This document shows positions 36,222-46,000 of a stretch of 64,000 bases of DNA, piece after piece. Source of the stretch: a virus; IMG/VR virus record IMGVR_UViG_3300025009_000004, positions 32,001 through 96,000 of that record, one strand, 5' to 3'. Position 1 is the first letter of the stretch, and each line of letters begins with the position of its first letter. The translations under genes were made by a program, and so were the position numbers. The notes under the pieces are model-generated. The model searched no databases and was not told the origin of the DNA. It saw only the letters and a program-made list of their open reading frames with translations.

Positions 36222-36501
36222 TATCATCGTCCTTATTCTTGTATTCAAATTTAAATTCATGCTTAATTTGCGTTGTATCAACAGGATAAAGCATTGTCTG
36301 TCTGCCACTATCTCCTATTTCGACCTCAGCGCCGATATAAACTCCTGTACCGCTATGATAAAACTTACCAACTCGAACTGTTGCATTTTCTGCCTTATAC
36401 ACTGTTATAGATGGCGTTGCTATATAATTGCCCTTGCCATCAACCGTAGCTTTCTTACGAGCGATTGCTAACGCCTCTTTTAAGATAGCGTTAGCAGCCA
36501 C
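36214..36501 (-). CDS. hypothetical protein
   Basis: 95-aa ORF in the operon. Confidence 0.55.
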   Translation of the reverse strand: MAANAILKEALAIARKKATVDGKGNYIATPSITVYKAENATVRVGKFYHSGTGVYIGAEVEIGDSGRQTMLYPVDTTQIKHEFKFEYKNKDDDNG

Positions 36502-36523
36502 TGTTAGATAATGATTATATAGT

Positions 36524-37057
36524 TCAAAGTGCCACCTTAGCGACTTTAAGTTTAATCTGATTTTCTATTTCAGCTTCAATATCATAGCCAGTTACTTTAG
36601 CTAAATCTTTAGTTGAATTAGTAACTTTAGGGATTGCTATTGTCATTGCCTCTGCTTTAAGTTCATCTAAATTAGTTATAACAATAGAACCATCGGATTT
36701 ACGTTCAACCTTAGCCTTACCAGCAATACCAAGTAAATCATCTGTGCAAGTGTTAAGTATTACTGTAAGCTCAACAAGGCGCTTTGCAATGCGTTCATTC
36801 TTTATTTTTTTAGACTGCTCTGCTAAATACTCCCATAACGCATCAAACATCGAATCACCTTTACGCGATATAATAGGGATAACAACTTTAGCAAGCCATG
36901 ATAATGCTAGTAAAGCAATCGACATAGCACCTTTAAGCAATGTATCTGTCCATGTAGCAGTTGTTGCTGTTACATCGGCCGATGCTACTGTAGCTGCAAA
37001 TGCAATGCCCATAAAGATTAAAGTGAATAAGATCGATAAAGATATGATTTTTTTCAT
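36524..37057 (-). CDS. signal peptide plus TM membrane protein (holin-like body)
   Basis: MKKIISLSILFTLIFMGIAFA|AT, second TM, helical cytoplasmic tail; AGGAGG RBS. Confidence 0.7.
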   Translation of the reverse strand: MKKIISLSILFTLIFMGIAFAATVASADVTATTATWTDTLLKGAMSIALLALSWLAKVVIPIISRKGDSMFDALWEYLAEQSKKIKNERIAKRLVELTVILNTCTDDLLGIAGKAKVERKSDGSIVITNLDELKAEAMTIAIPKVTNSTKDLAKVTGYDIEAEIENQIKLKVAKVAL

Positions 37058-37088
37058 AAAGTTTCCTCCTAATATTTATACTGAATTT

Positions 37089-37117
37089 ATAATAGCATTT
37101 ATTTTATGGAATGTCAA
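37089..37117 (-). promoter_or_regulatory. sigma70-type promoter upstream of the lysis-like cluster
   Basis: minus strand TTGACA-17 nt-TATTAT with extended -10 TG. Confidence 0.7.
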
Positions 37118-37140
37118 ATGGAGAACATGCCTGCCTATTA

Positions 37141-37197
37141 TTAATTATTCAAAATATGCTCTGCCACATTTGCTAATATTAATGATAGTTTTTCCAT
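37141..37197 (-). CDS. 18-aa mini-ORF
   Basis: AAGGAGA RBS; MEKLSLILANVAEHILNN*. Confidence 0.35.
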   Translation of the reverse strand: MEKLSLILANVAEHILNN

Positions 37198-37221
37198 GTG
37201 ATTTCTCCTTTATTTATATGC

Positions 37222-38502
37222 CTATTTTATGCCGTAGAGAGTAAAAGTTCCGGTAAAATTAGCGCCTCCGTTAAAAATAGTTATTGATGATATGGCGTTA
37301 GTGCTTTTCCATACACCGCCGCCAGTTGTTGAATACCCGGCGCCCGTTCCAGAATCGACGCCAATGGCATTGAAAAGAACGCCGTGATATGTTGTCGTTA
37401 TATTGCTGATTGTTATTTCAATTGCATTATATTCCCGCGAGTCTTTTCCTATTTTCATTTGAGCTTCATTTGTATTAATTGACGCCCCGACTGTGCTACC
37501 GCTTGTATAAACACCATTATTACTATAATTATTGCCCGTATCACCATTAAATCGCAAAAGCGTATCAGCATCACTACACCCAAAGAGTGCAACCACTTTA
37601 TAACTGTTATAGTCCGTTGAAAACCCCGTGCTAAATGTTAAAGTCGAGGCGTCGTTGGTTCTGGTTATAGTTTCGATTTTTACTAAATCCTGGCTTGCCG
37701 CCGGAAAATCATAATATCCAGAAGTGCCGCCGCTATTCGTTCCATAGTATTTTGAATTGCCTATGGTGGCTGGATTGATTTTAGTTACTTGTGTTTCAAG
37801 CGTGTCAAAACGATTACTATGTGCTGATGAGCTTTCATTATGCACCAGCACTTCTTCCGAGGTTACCGCGTTTGCTTCAGCCTTAGTGTATCTATCATCT
37901 AAATCATCCTGTAAATATCCATCAGTAGTTAATACATTAGTCGATTGTATTACCGCCATCAAGGGCAATGTTTCATAATATGACACTCGTACATCACTTG
38001 TTTCATCAACGTCATATGTCATTGTCACTCTTAGCTTATCTGTGCCAGAATCATCCCATGTGCTAAGTGCATAGTGTGTAGTTTCATATTGCAATAAGCC
38101 GTTCTGTGTAACTCCAACAGTACCACTTATAATAATAGATGATGTAGCATCGTAATCAAATATTCTATAATATCCACTTGCAGCATCACCTTGAGACCTC
38201 GCAGTATATTCAAGATTTAAAACACATTCAACAGTAGCGCCAGAACTTGAACTTGATGCATAATATCCATATCCTGTTGCTGTTTTATATCCCCATGCTG
38301 TGCTATCATCGGGTAATGCCAATGGATTGATCTGGTCAAGGAGTATCTCCGCACTTAATCCACTTGCATAATCATAAAATGTATTTGGTTTAATTGCCGA
38401 TCCTTTTATATAGGTTGGTTCTGCGTTAATAGGGCATATCATGCCGAATAATATACTAATTAAAAGAATATACCCTATTAAAAATTTAGTTATTGTCTTC
38501 AT
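37222..38502 (-). CDS. signal-peptide fibre-like protein
   Basis: signal ...PINA|EP; RYTKAE; C-terminal LRFNGD...AISSITIF...GTFTLYGIK domain typical of phage fibre tips. Confidence 0.75.
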   Translation of the reverse strand: MKTITKFLIGYILLISILFGMICPINAEPTYIKGSAIKPNTFYDYASGLSAEILLDQINPLALPDDSTAWGYKTATGYGYYASSSSSGATVECVLNLEYTARSQGDAASGYYRIFDYDATSSIIISGTVGVTQNGLLQYETTHYALSTWDDSGTDKLRVTMTYDVDETSDVRVSYYETLPLMAVIQSTNVLTTDGYLQDDLDDRYTKAEANAVTSEEVLVHNESSSAHSNRFDTLETQVTKINPATIGNSKYYGTNSGGTSGYYDFPAASQDLVKIETITRTNDASTLTFSTGFSTDYNSYKVVALFGCSDADTLLRFNGDTGNNYSNNGVYTSGSTVGASINTNEAQMKIGKDSREYNAIEITISNITTTYHGVLFNAIGVDSGTGAGYSTTGGGVWKSTNAISSITIFNGGANFTGTFTLYGIK

Positions 38503-38519
38503 TTCAATACTCCTTTAAA

Positions 38520-41500
38520 TTAATACGCTTCGGTTGTATAGCCATTCCATGGGTTAGTCCAACCAGATGCGCCAGCTGGATAATATATCTTAAAGGTCGC
38601 ATCACAATCTACAAATACATCAGTTCCAAATGTTGTGGGGGCATCGCCAGCGAATGTAGCACTTGTTAAGAATGTATTATATGAAAATGCATAATCGCCA
38701 ATTGTAGTAACGCTGGCTGGTATCTCTATATCACCTTGAAAATTACATGCACTAAACGCGCCTTGCTTTATTTCTACAAGTCCTTCATGTAAGGTCATAT
38801 CTGTCAATGGAGTCTGATTGAATGCATACTCTCCGATTGTTATTACAGTTGCGGGTATTTCAATAAAAGTAAGAGCATAGCATGAATTTAATGCGAAATT
38901 GCCGATCGATGTTACCCCAGAATGTATAGTAAACGAATCAATTAAACTACCCTTTAGAGCATAATTGCCAATAGATTCAACTGTTGCAACCATGCCATAA
39001 TTTGTTATCGCTGATGGCACCGCGTATAATATCGTTAAATCTTCACTTAATAAAGCATAGCCGTCATCTTCGTATACTGTATTAGCCTCTTCAACTGTTA
39101 TTGTTTCTAATGATGAACATAAGTCAAATGCCTGTTCGTGTATATTTGTTACTGTCGAAGGAATATTAATTGTTGTAATTGGGGCAGTCCAAAATGCATT
39201 TGCGCCTATCGTAAGCAATCCCTCTGGAAGCGTTATAGAGCCAATATTTGGGTTCATAAACGCATAGGCATATATTTCAGTAACAAGCAAGTTTTCTACC
39301 GTTGTCGGCACAATAAGGCCAGTCCATATATCGCTTGAGCCAGTATAGCTCTCTATCCTTATATGAGTGCCAGAGTCTATGGGGGAGTAATTAAAGAAAT
39401 TACATCTTAACGCAGACATCGCAACAGTTGATTCATTATCAATATCCGTAAGAAATTGCACTAATAAACCAAATGTTTCCTCATCAATATCGATAGAATA
39501 ATCGAACCCTGGGCGCTGTAACACGCCATCAAGGAATATTTGGCATTCTCCAGTCTGCATTCCGCTTGTATATATGCTAACAAATGCGTCAGCGACTGAG
39601 CCTTTCTGATTAAGATATTCAGTAATATTTTGCATATTATCTATTGATAATAATGTTCCCTGAACAGTAGTTCCAGTTATCTTAATAAATGAAGAATCTA
39701 CAATAACTTGTTCGTCAGGGATTGCAGCCAAGAGATTTGTTATTTCAGCACTTGTATAGTAATTAGTAACTAACAAACTTTCGATGCTATCAATGTCTAA
39801 TTCTAATTGAGCATGCGTTTTCGTTCCTATGTTAGTTAGCAGCAAGTGATCGATAACACCCTGTGCAGGAGCTGCCCACATAAATCCATCATCGGTCCTA
39901 GTGATGACTTCTCCGGTGGAACCTCCCTCAAACACTACTTCAACGCTTGCTAATCTTAAATCAATATTATTTATTTTAGCTTCTGCACTATCTAATCTCA
40001 AATCAAGATTATTGATAGCAACTGCTATCGAGTCTAAATCAATATCATGCGCTAATAACATTACTGCAATCGTATCAACGGCAGTTTGAACAGTCGTTGC
40101 GCCAATGCTACTCGTATCTGTATAAACAGAAGATGATGCTGGCAAAGAATGTATTTTAGTTATCTGTGCATTGCTATCTGTTTTATGATTAATATAATCA
40201 ATAATACCGCCAGCACTTTCATCAAAAGAGCCGGTTTCAGATATTCTATCATAGCAATCATAAAGTGTTATCGCGTTTGAACCGTTGATGCTTCTATAGG
40301 CATAGCCATTATAGGCTCCGCCTCTATCTACTATTGCCTCTGCGCCACAGCCCATTACTGATATTGATTTGCTATTATCAAAATAATAACCTACGCCAGC
40401 ACCTTCAGCCGCGCAACCTTGCAGTGTGCAATATGTCATTGTTGTAAGTATAAAGCCTGTTTCAGTCGCGTTATTCGCATAGCAGTTTAAGAATGAAGTT
40501 GATGTTCCGCTCCATACGTTAAAAGCATCGCCAACGCACTTCCTTACTGTTACATTCTTAAAGTTATTCATAATCGGTGTGCTTATTGCGATACCACCAT
40601 TAGATATATCACTTATGAACAAATCCCTAAATGAATGATATGGGTTGTTTGAATTGCTTGATAAGCTAAAATATAAACCACCAACACCAAAAGAAGAGTC
40701 TTGCCCTTCTGCAGTTAAGTTCATATTTTCAACGCTTATGCCAACGCAATCTATAAATCTGAAGTGATGACCGTTAAAGCCGGTTGCATATATATTAGTA
40801 CCTAAGTAAGTTGTATTTTTGCCATGGCCAACGCCACGAAGCGTAATTCCATGTTTGCTTGTAAGCGTTATCTGTGATGCTATTCTATAATATCCAGCAG
40901 GGAATAACACAACGCCACCAGATGTTAGTGAATTGATAGCGTTATTAATTGCAGTAGCATCATTCACTATGCCATCGCCAACTGCGCCAAATTCCATTAC
41001 GTTAACATACGCCTGAGTTATATCAGTATGTATTTCTGCACTATCTGCTTTGAGATTTATAAGCGTTTCATGTGTGTCTAAATTGGCCTTATTTGCCTCT
41101 GTAAGAATAGATATTGTGTCAAGGTTATCATTTATTAAACTTATCTCAGCCGTTATATCTGCTAATTCTAATTCAATCGTATCGAGATTATTAACAATAC
41201 GATCTTCTAAAGTGCCAAGATTGTTTTGAATCGCCAATATTTCAGCAGTTATTAATGCAATCTCATTAGTTGTCCATGCCATATTAGCATTAACTAAATC
41301 TTCAAGAGTGCTTAAGTTACCCTGTATCGCTAATATTTCAGAAGTGATATTTGCTATTTCTAATTCTTGCGTTGAATCGTTAAGAATAAGATCATCTAAA
41401 GCAGATTCTATTGTATCAAGATTGTTCTGTATTAATTCTATTTCAGCGGTTACTAAGCCTATCTCAACAGTGTTTGAGCCGATATTAGAATATAATGCAT

Positions 41501-41630
41501 TAATATCGCTCTGCACATTGCCATTGGTAGTTTTAATCGCAGTGCCTGGATGAGCATACTGCGCTTCTGCTATATTTATATTGATAAGTAAAGCAATAAT
41601 TATAATCAAACTAAATAATATCTTTTTCAT
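38520..41630 (-). CDS. signal-peptide tailspike-like protein: coiled coil, pectate lyase 3-type beta-helix and BspA-type LRR
   Basis: ...IAEA|QY; VNVMEFGAVGDGIVNDATAI; many (I/V)TxIGxxAF repeats. Confidence 0.82.
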   Translation of the reverse strand: MKKILFSLIIIIALLININIAEAQYAHPGTAIKTTNGNVQSDINALYSNIGSNTVEIGLVTAEIELIQNNLDTIESALDDLILNDSTQELEIANITSEILAIQGNLSTLEDLVNANMAWTTNEIALITAEILAIQNNLGTLEDRIVNNLDTIELELADITAEISLINDNLDTISILTEANKANLDTHETLINLKADSAEIHTDITQAYVNVMEFGAVGDGIVNDATAINNAINSLTSGGVVLFPAGYYRIASQITLTSKHGITLRGVGHGKNTTYLGTNIYATGFNGHHFRFIDCVGISVENMNLTAEGQDSSFGVGGLYFSLSSNSNNPYHSFRDLFISDISNGGIAISTPIMNNFKNVTVRKCVGDAFNVWSGTSTSFLNCYANNATETGFILTTMTYCTLQGCAAEGAGVGYYFDNSKSISVMGCGAEAIVDRGGAYNGYAYRSINGSNAITLYDCYDRISETGSFDESAGGIIDYINHKTDSNAQITKIHSLPASSSVYTDTSSIGATTVQTAVDTIAVMLLAHDIDLDSIAVAINNLDLRLDSAEAKINNIDLRLASVEVVFEGGSTGEVITRTDDGFMWAAPAQGVIDHLLLTNIGTKTHAQLELDIDSIESLLVTNYYTSAEITNLLAAIPDEQVIVDSSFIKITGTTVQGTLLSIDNMQNITEYLNQKGSVADAFVSIYTSGMQTGECQIFLDGVLQRPGFDYSIDIDEETFGLLVQFLTDIDNESTVAMSALRCNFFNYSPIDSGTHIRIESYTGSSDIWTGLIVPTTVENLLVTEIYAYAFMNPNIGSITLPEGLLTIGANAFWTAPITTINIPSTVTNIHEQAFDLCSSLETITVEEANTVYEDDGYALLSEDLTILYAVPSAITNYGMVATVESIGNYALKGSLIDSFTIHSGVTSIGNFALNSCYALTFIEIPATVITIGEYAFNQTPLTDMTLHEGLVEIKQGAFSACNFQGDIEIPASVTTIGDYAFSYNTFLTSATFAGDAPTTFGTDVFVDCDATFKIYYPAGASGWTNPWNGYTTEAY

Positions 41631-41631
41631 A

Positions 41632-42345
41632 TTAATGTGACGCTCCTTCGCGTTTGAATTCTATTAACATTACGCCACTATTGGCTCCAGTTATATTTAT
41701 ATTAAACTCATTGCTTCCCGCTACAAAACTATCGACTGTTGTAGATATACTATCAGGGTTTGTTTCAAAAGTAAAGCCTTCATAATAACTTGGCAATCTT
41801 CCTGAATAATGGCTAATCGTATATGAACGATTTAAAATATCCGCACTACCAGAATTTGTAATTGATAATGCCAATGTATATACGGCTCCAAGTAAGCCAG
41901 AATATGTATAAGCGAAGGGGTCTGATGTAATAGGAACTTGTATTTGTGTGGGATTAATGCCAAGATAAGCTGTTTCAATTGCAGTAATAGAATTACATAA
42001 TAATTTATAATGTCCTGATGTGAAAGGCTGTCTTACATACGCGCCGGCATAATGCTCTATTGCTGTTGAATCGCCGCGCCCTCTTGTGCAACTTTGTAGT
42101 GTAATAACACCACCAACATCAGCAATACTTTCAGCCCATATTATTTCTTCATCAATACTCATCCATGAGGGACACTCAACATCAGAAATAGTCTTACCCG
42201 TTGGCAAGACTATTCCGATTGATGTTGCGTCAATAGTTATATCGGCGGCAAGTGTTAACCCGCCATATTTATACGAGTTATTCTGCTTCGGAAATGTATC
42301 TATAGAAGCAGGAAACAACGCAGATATTAAATTAGGTTCAGACAT
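41632..42345 (-). CDS. putative virion structural protein
   Basis: FP...D N-terminus; IDEEII...CTRG...AIEHYAGAYV module shared with the hub protein. Confidence 0.65.
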   Translation of the reverse strand: MSEPNLISALFPASIDTFPKQNNSYKYGGLTLAADITIDATSIGIVLPTGKTISDVECPSWMSIDEEIIWAESIADVGGVITLQSCTRGRGDSTAIEHYAGAYVRQPFTSGHYKLLCNSITAIETAYLGINPTQIQVPITSDPFAYTYSGLLGAVYTLALSITNSGSADILNRSYTISHYSGRLPSYYEGFTFETNPDSISTTVDSFVAGSNEFNINITGANSGVMLIEFKREGASH

Positions 42346-42368
42346 CTTGCTACCGCCTTTTAATCATC

Positions 42369-42641
42369 TTATTTTTGCGTCAGACTTGTTTTTACATCAT
42401 CTGGCAATGCTTCAAAATCTCTTGCTCTTTCGATATCTTTGATAACGAAATCAAGTGCTTGTTTCGCTTTCATTAAATCAGCAGCGCCAAGAATCGCAGG
42501 AGAGAGCATTTTGCCATTATCAAACTTAAATACAATAGCGCCTTTATCCGGTGCTTTACTTTCTTCTAAAGTAATACCACTAATAAATGATGCTGTCTCT
42601 TTAATTATCTCTTTGGCTTTCTCGATGTTATTCCCGTTCAT
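42369..42641 (-). CDS. hypothetical protein
   Basis: GGAGTGG RBS. Confidence 0.6.
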   Translation of the reverse strand: MNGNNIEKAKEIIKETASFISGITLEESKAPDKGAIVFKFDNGKMLSPAILGAADLMKAKQALDFVIKDIERARDFEALPDDVKTSLTQK

Positions 42642-42661
42642 TTAAATCACCACTCCTATAA

Positions 42662-42940
42662 TTATGAATTAATTATTGCAGATTGTTCTGCTGCCATATC
42701 CGTCTGATTCTGCTTTAAAGGCGCTATTAATGCCTCTAATGATTTTTTAAAATTAGATTCTTTCGCTTGGCATTCTTTACATATTTTGAACATAGAAGAA
42801 TATGTTGGGATCGGTATAGGAGAACTAATATTAGAATTAACATCAATTCTAATAGTATCAAAGTTTTTAGGACTTTGGCGATAAGCCTCAGTTTGATTTA
42901 ATGATTTGCATTCATCGCATTTATAAGTAACGATATCCAT
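42662..42940 (-). CDS. zinc-ribbon hypothetical protein
   Basis: CDEC and CKEC; AAGGAG RBS. Confidence 0.6.
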   Translation of the reverse strand: MDIVTYKCDECKSLNQTEAYRQSPKNFDTIRIDVNSNISSPIPIPTYSSMFKICKECQAKESNFKKSLEALIAPLKQNQTDMAAEQSAIINS

Positions 42941-42976
42941 ATAAATTACTCCTTACAATAGCATTATACTACCTTT

Positions 42977-43005
42977 ATTTTACTCTGTTTTTATTAATGT
43001 GTCAA
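42977..43005 (-). promoter_or_regulatory. sigma70-type promoter at the end of the tail tip gene
   Basis: minus strand TTGACA-17 nt-TAAAAT. Confidence 0.5.
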
Positions 43006-46000
43006 TCTTATTTTTAAGTTCTATTATCATATTTTCTAATATTTTGATTCTACTCTCGTGTTGTTGGGTGGCAAGCACATTGTAGACGCTGAAACGATCA
43101 TATTTTAAAGACTCTGGCTGTCCATTGTTATTAAAATTAACTAAGCTTGGAAAAACATTTAAAATATCTTCCGCAATAAATCCTATGTCATAATCACCAG
43201 ATTGTTTAAATCTATAGGCATATGGAGTTAAACAATTGAATTTATCCATAGAAAAGTCTTCTATTGTCGAGATAATATCTTTATATCGAATTGAGGATGA
43301 CTTAAGTTTTACAAATCCATTCGCGTCAATAACTAAATCTGTCCCCGTACCCGCCGCCGATAAATTTTGGAATTGAACCGTTCCATATGCAAATATCGCA
43401 GCGCCAAGGCTTGAGAAATATCCCGCCGTTCCAGTCGCAGACTCGCATATTCCAACGGTTGCCGATCCGGTTCCACTCGTGATATGGCCGATTATGCCAT
43501 TGCCCCCGCTTGTAGTGTTTTTCCCATAAACTGCATATTTACCGGAAGCGCTACTCGTTGCAAAAATTCCATGATTTGAGACAGACGCAAAATGTCCCGC
43601 GTACCATTGAGTTGATGTTCCTTTTACGCCGGTGCTGTAGGTGTTTCCTGCTCCCCAAACACCAGGAATCCCGGCATTCTCGTCCGTAGGGTTAGATTGG
43701 GTATATGACCCGCCGACAACGCCTCCAACTCCATAAATAGTTCTTCCTTCTATAGCAGAGGAAGCCGCACTACTGTAGGTGTTAGTGACGAGTAAAGCAC
43801 TATATGCATCAGTGCAAACAATAACCGCTTTTGAGTTTTCAGAATCTGTCGTAAGCGGGTTATCCGTTGAGGCGTTACATAATAATAACCTTTTCGCCCA
43901 TATTGTATTAACATTATTATTATTTATTTGATACTGTCCAACTTTGAAGAAGGCCGTATTGTCATATCCAAGCATGGCAATCTCGCTAGCAGTAAGGCTT
44001 AGTTTATACGTTGTACCAGAGGAAACATGCCCAAGATAAATAGCAGACGATGTCAATTTTGTATTATAGTATAAGTTTGTATAATCGACACATCCGATTT
44101 TAATGTCCGTGCCATTTAAGACAGTATTATAAACGGTTGTTGCGCCATTTATAACATATATCCCTAATCCAATATCACCGCTTGCTAAAATCCTTGCCCT
44201 ATAGTGAGCAACGTCGCTAACAACATTGCCGCTATGCCCTAAATAAACTCCAGTAGCATTAATCTTGACGTTGTAGGACTGATGATACTCTGCATAGCCC
44301 GCATGATATCCAAGATATACCGCCCCACTTTGGATAATTGTATCAAAATAATATTTAGACCCCCCATAGGTTACGTAGCCTATGCCTATACCGTCTAAAT
44401 ATGACTGCCCACTAATCATTACTTGCCTGGCGGCTGTGGTTGCATCACGAAATAATAGATAGTTGCTATTCAAGTAAAACTGATGGGAAGAATATGCAGC
44501 GCTATAGCACATGGTTATGCTTCCTGAGCTTATTTGCGTATCATAAATATTAGTCGTCCTATACCCCAGATTAATTGCTGTTGGCGTCACAACTAAATTT
44601 GACAATGCACATGTCGTTCCGCCAAGGTATATATTGTCTTTGGCCCATAATCCATATGTGGCATTATCTAAATATCCAAGCTCAACTTTTTTAACATTAC
44701 TCGCGTCGAATACGTTAAACGCAGTCGAATTTATTTCTACTCTACCATTACCAACTGCGTTACGAATGGAAACACCAGTTGTAGTTGCACTAAAGGTATT
44801 AACATTGCTTTGATAAATCTGCAATCCGCTTTTAGTCAAATAACAATAATTACTTGCGTCTGCTTTACTTCTAATCGACAACAAGAAATCCAGATTTATT
44901 TCAGAGCCATAAAATATATTAGCAATGCTCGTTATAACAGGCTGAAATTCAACCAAATTAACCACAGTTGAATCAGGACTATAAAAATATATAGCAACTG
45001 ATTTTGCTAATATCGCTTTGCCAGTAGAGAAGTTTTCATAATGAAGCAGGGCCATATCAGCAACTCCAGAGCCAGTTGTGCTATATTCAAAATATCTATC
45101 TGCATCTGGCTTAGTTGCTGATGTAACTATATCGCCAGCATTATTAAACGTATGATCGCCAGAGTTAAGACATTGTAGCCATACATCTTGAGTCCCTGTG
45201 CTTGTTATTTCTTCAAGTTTAATTACAAATCTAACATTGCTTGTCGTATGCTTAAATTTAAGTTTGATATCAGATATCCATTCAACTTTATTCAAATCTA
45301 TCTTAACGTAGTTATTTGTCGTTGAAGCAATCGTAAATGTGACGAACTCATTATCAAGATAATTAGCATCTAATATATGCTCAGTTGAGCCAGTTTGAAC
45401 AGCGCCAACGTAAGGAGTTAAAGTCAAATCAGACGATAATTTAAACTTAAATATATTATTGCCCATATCAACGGCAGTGACATTTTTAGGTACCACATTG
45501 TTAGCAACAGAAGGAACGCTTCTTGCACCCCAATAGTCTGTTGCATCAACACGCACCCATAGTTTTAATGCAGTGTTGGCCGTGAATAAATCCATTTCAG
45601 TGGCAGATAATGATATATTTATTTTAGTAGTGAATGTTTCATATAATTTGGGATTATTAGGGTCTGGATTACTCCAACCTGGAAATTTCCAATCTCCGCT
45701 GCCAATTGCTGGTTCTGTTTCTGCAATAGCATATTGAATCCAATATTTCTCTACTTCTTCTACTCTTGGAGGAGTGCTTGTGTCGAGCGTAACTGCATCC
45801 CAAAATACTTCTGCGCCACCGACCATTGAATTAAGTCTTAAATTAGCAGGAGCCGCAGGAGGTGTATTGGTTATCGTTATTAAATAAGGATTTACTTGCA
45901 CGGCTCCGGCCTCATTTAAATAAGTTAAGTTATCTGCTATATCATATGCAGCTAAATATAACTGAACAGGAGATGCGGTTGGCTTAAATATAAACGGATT

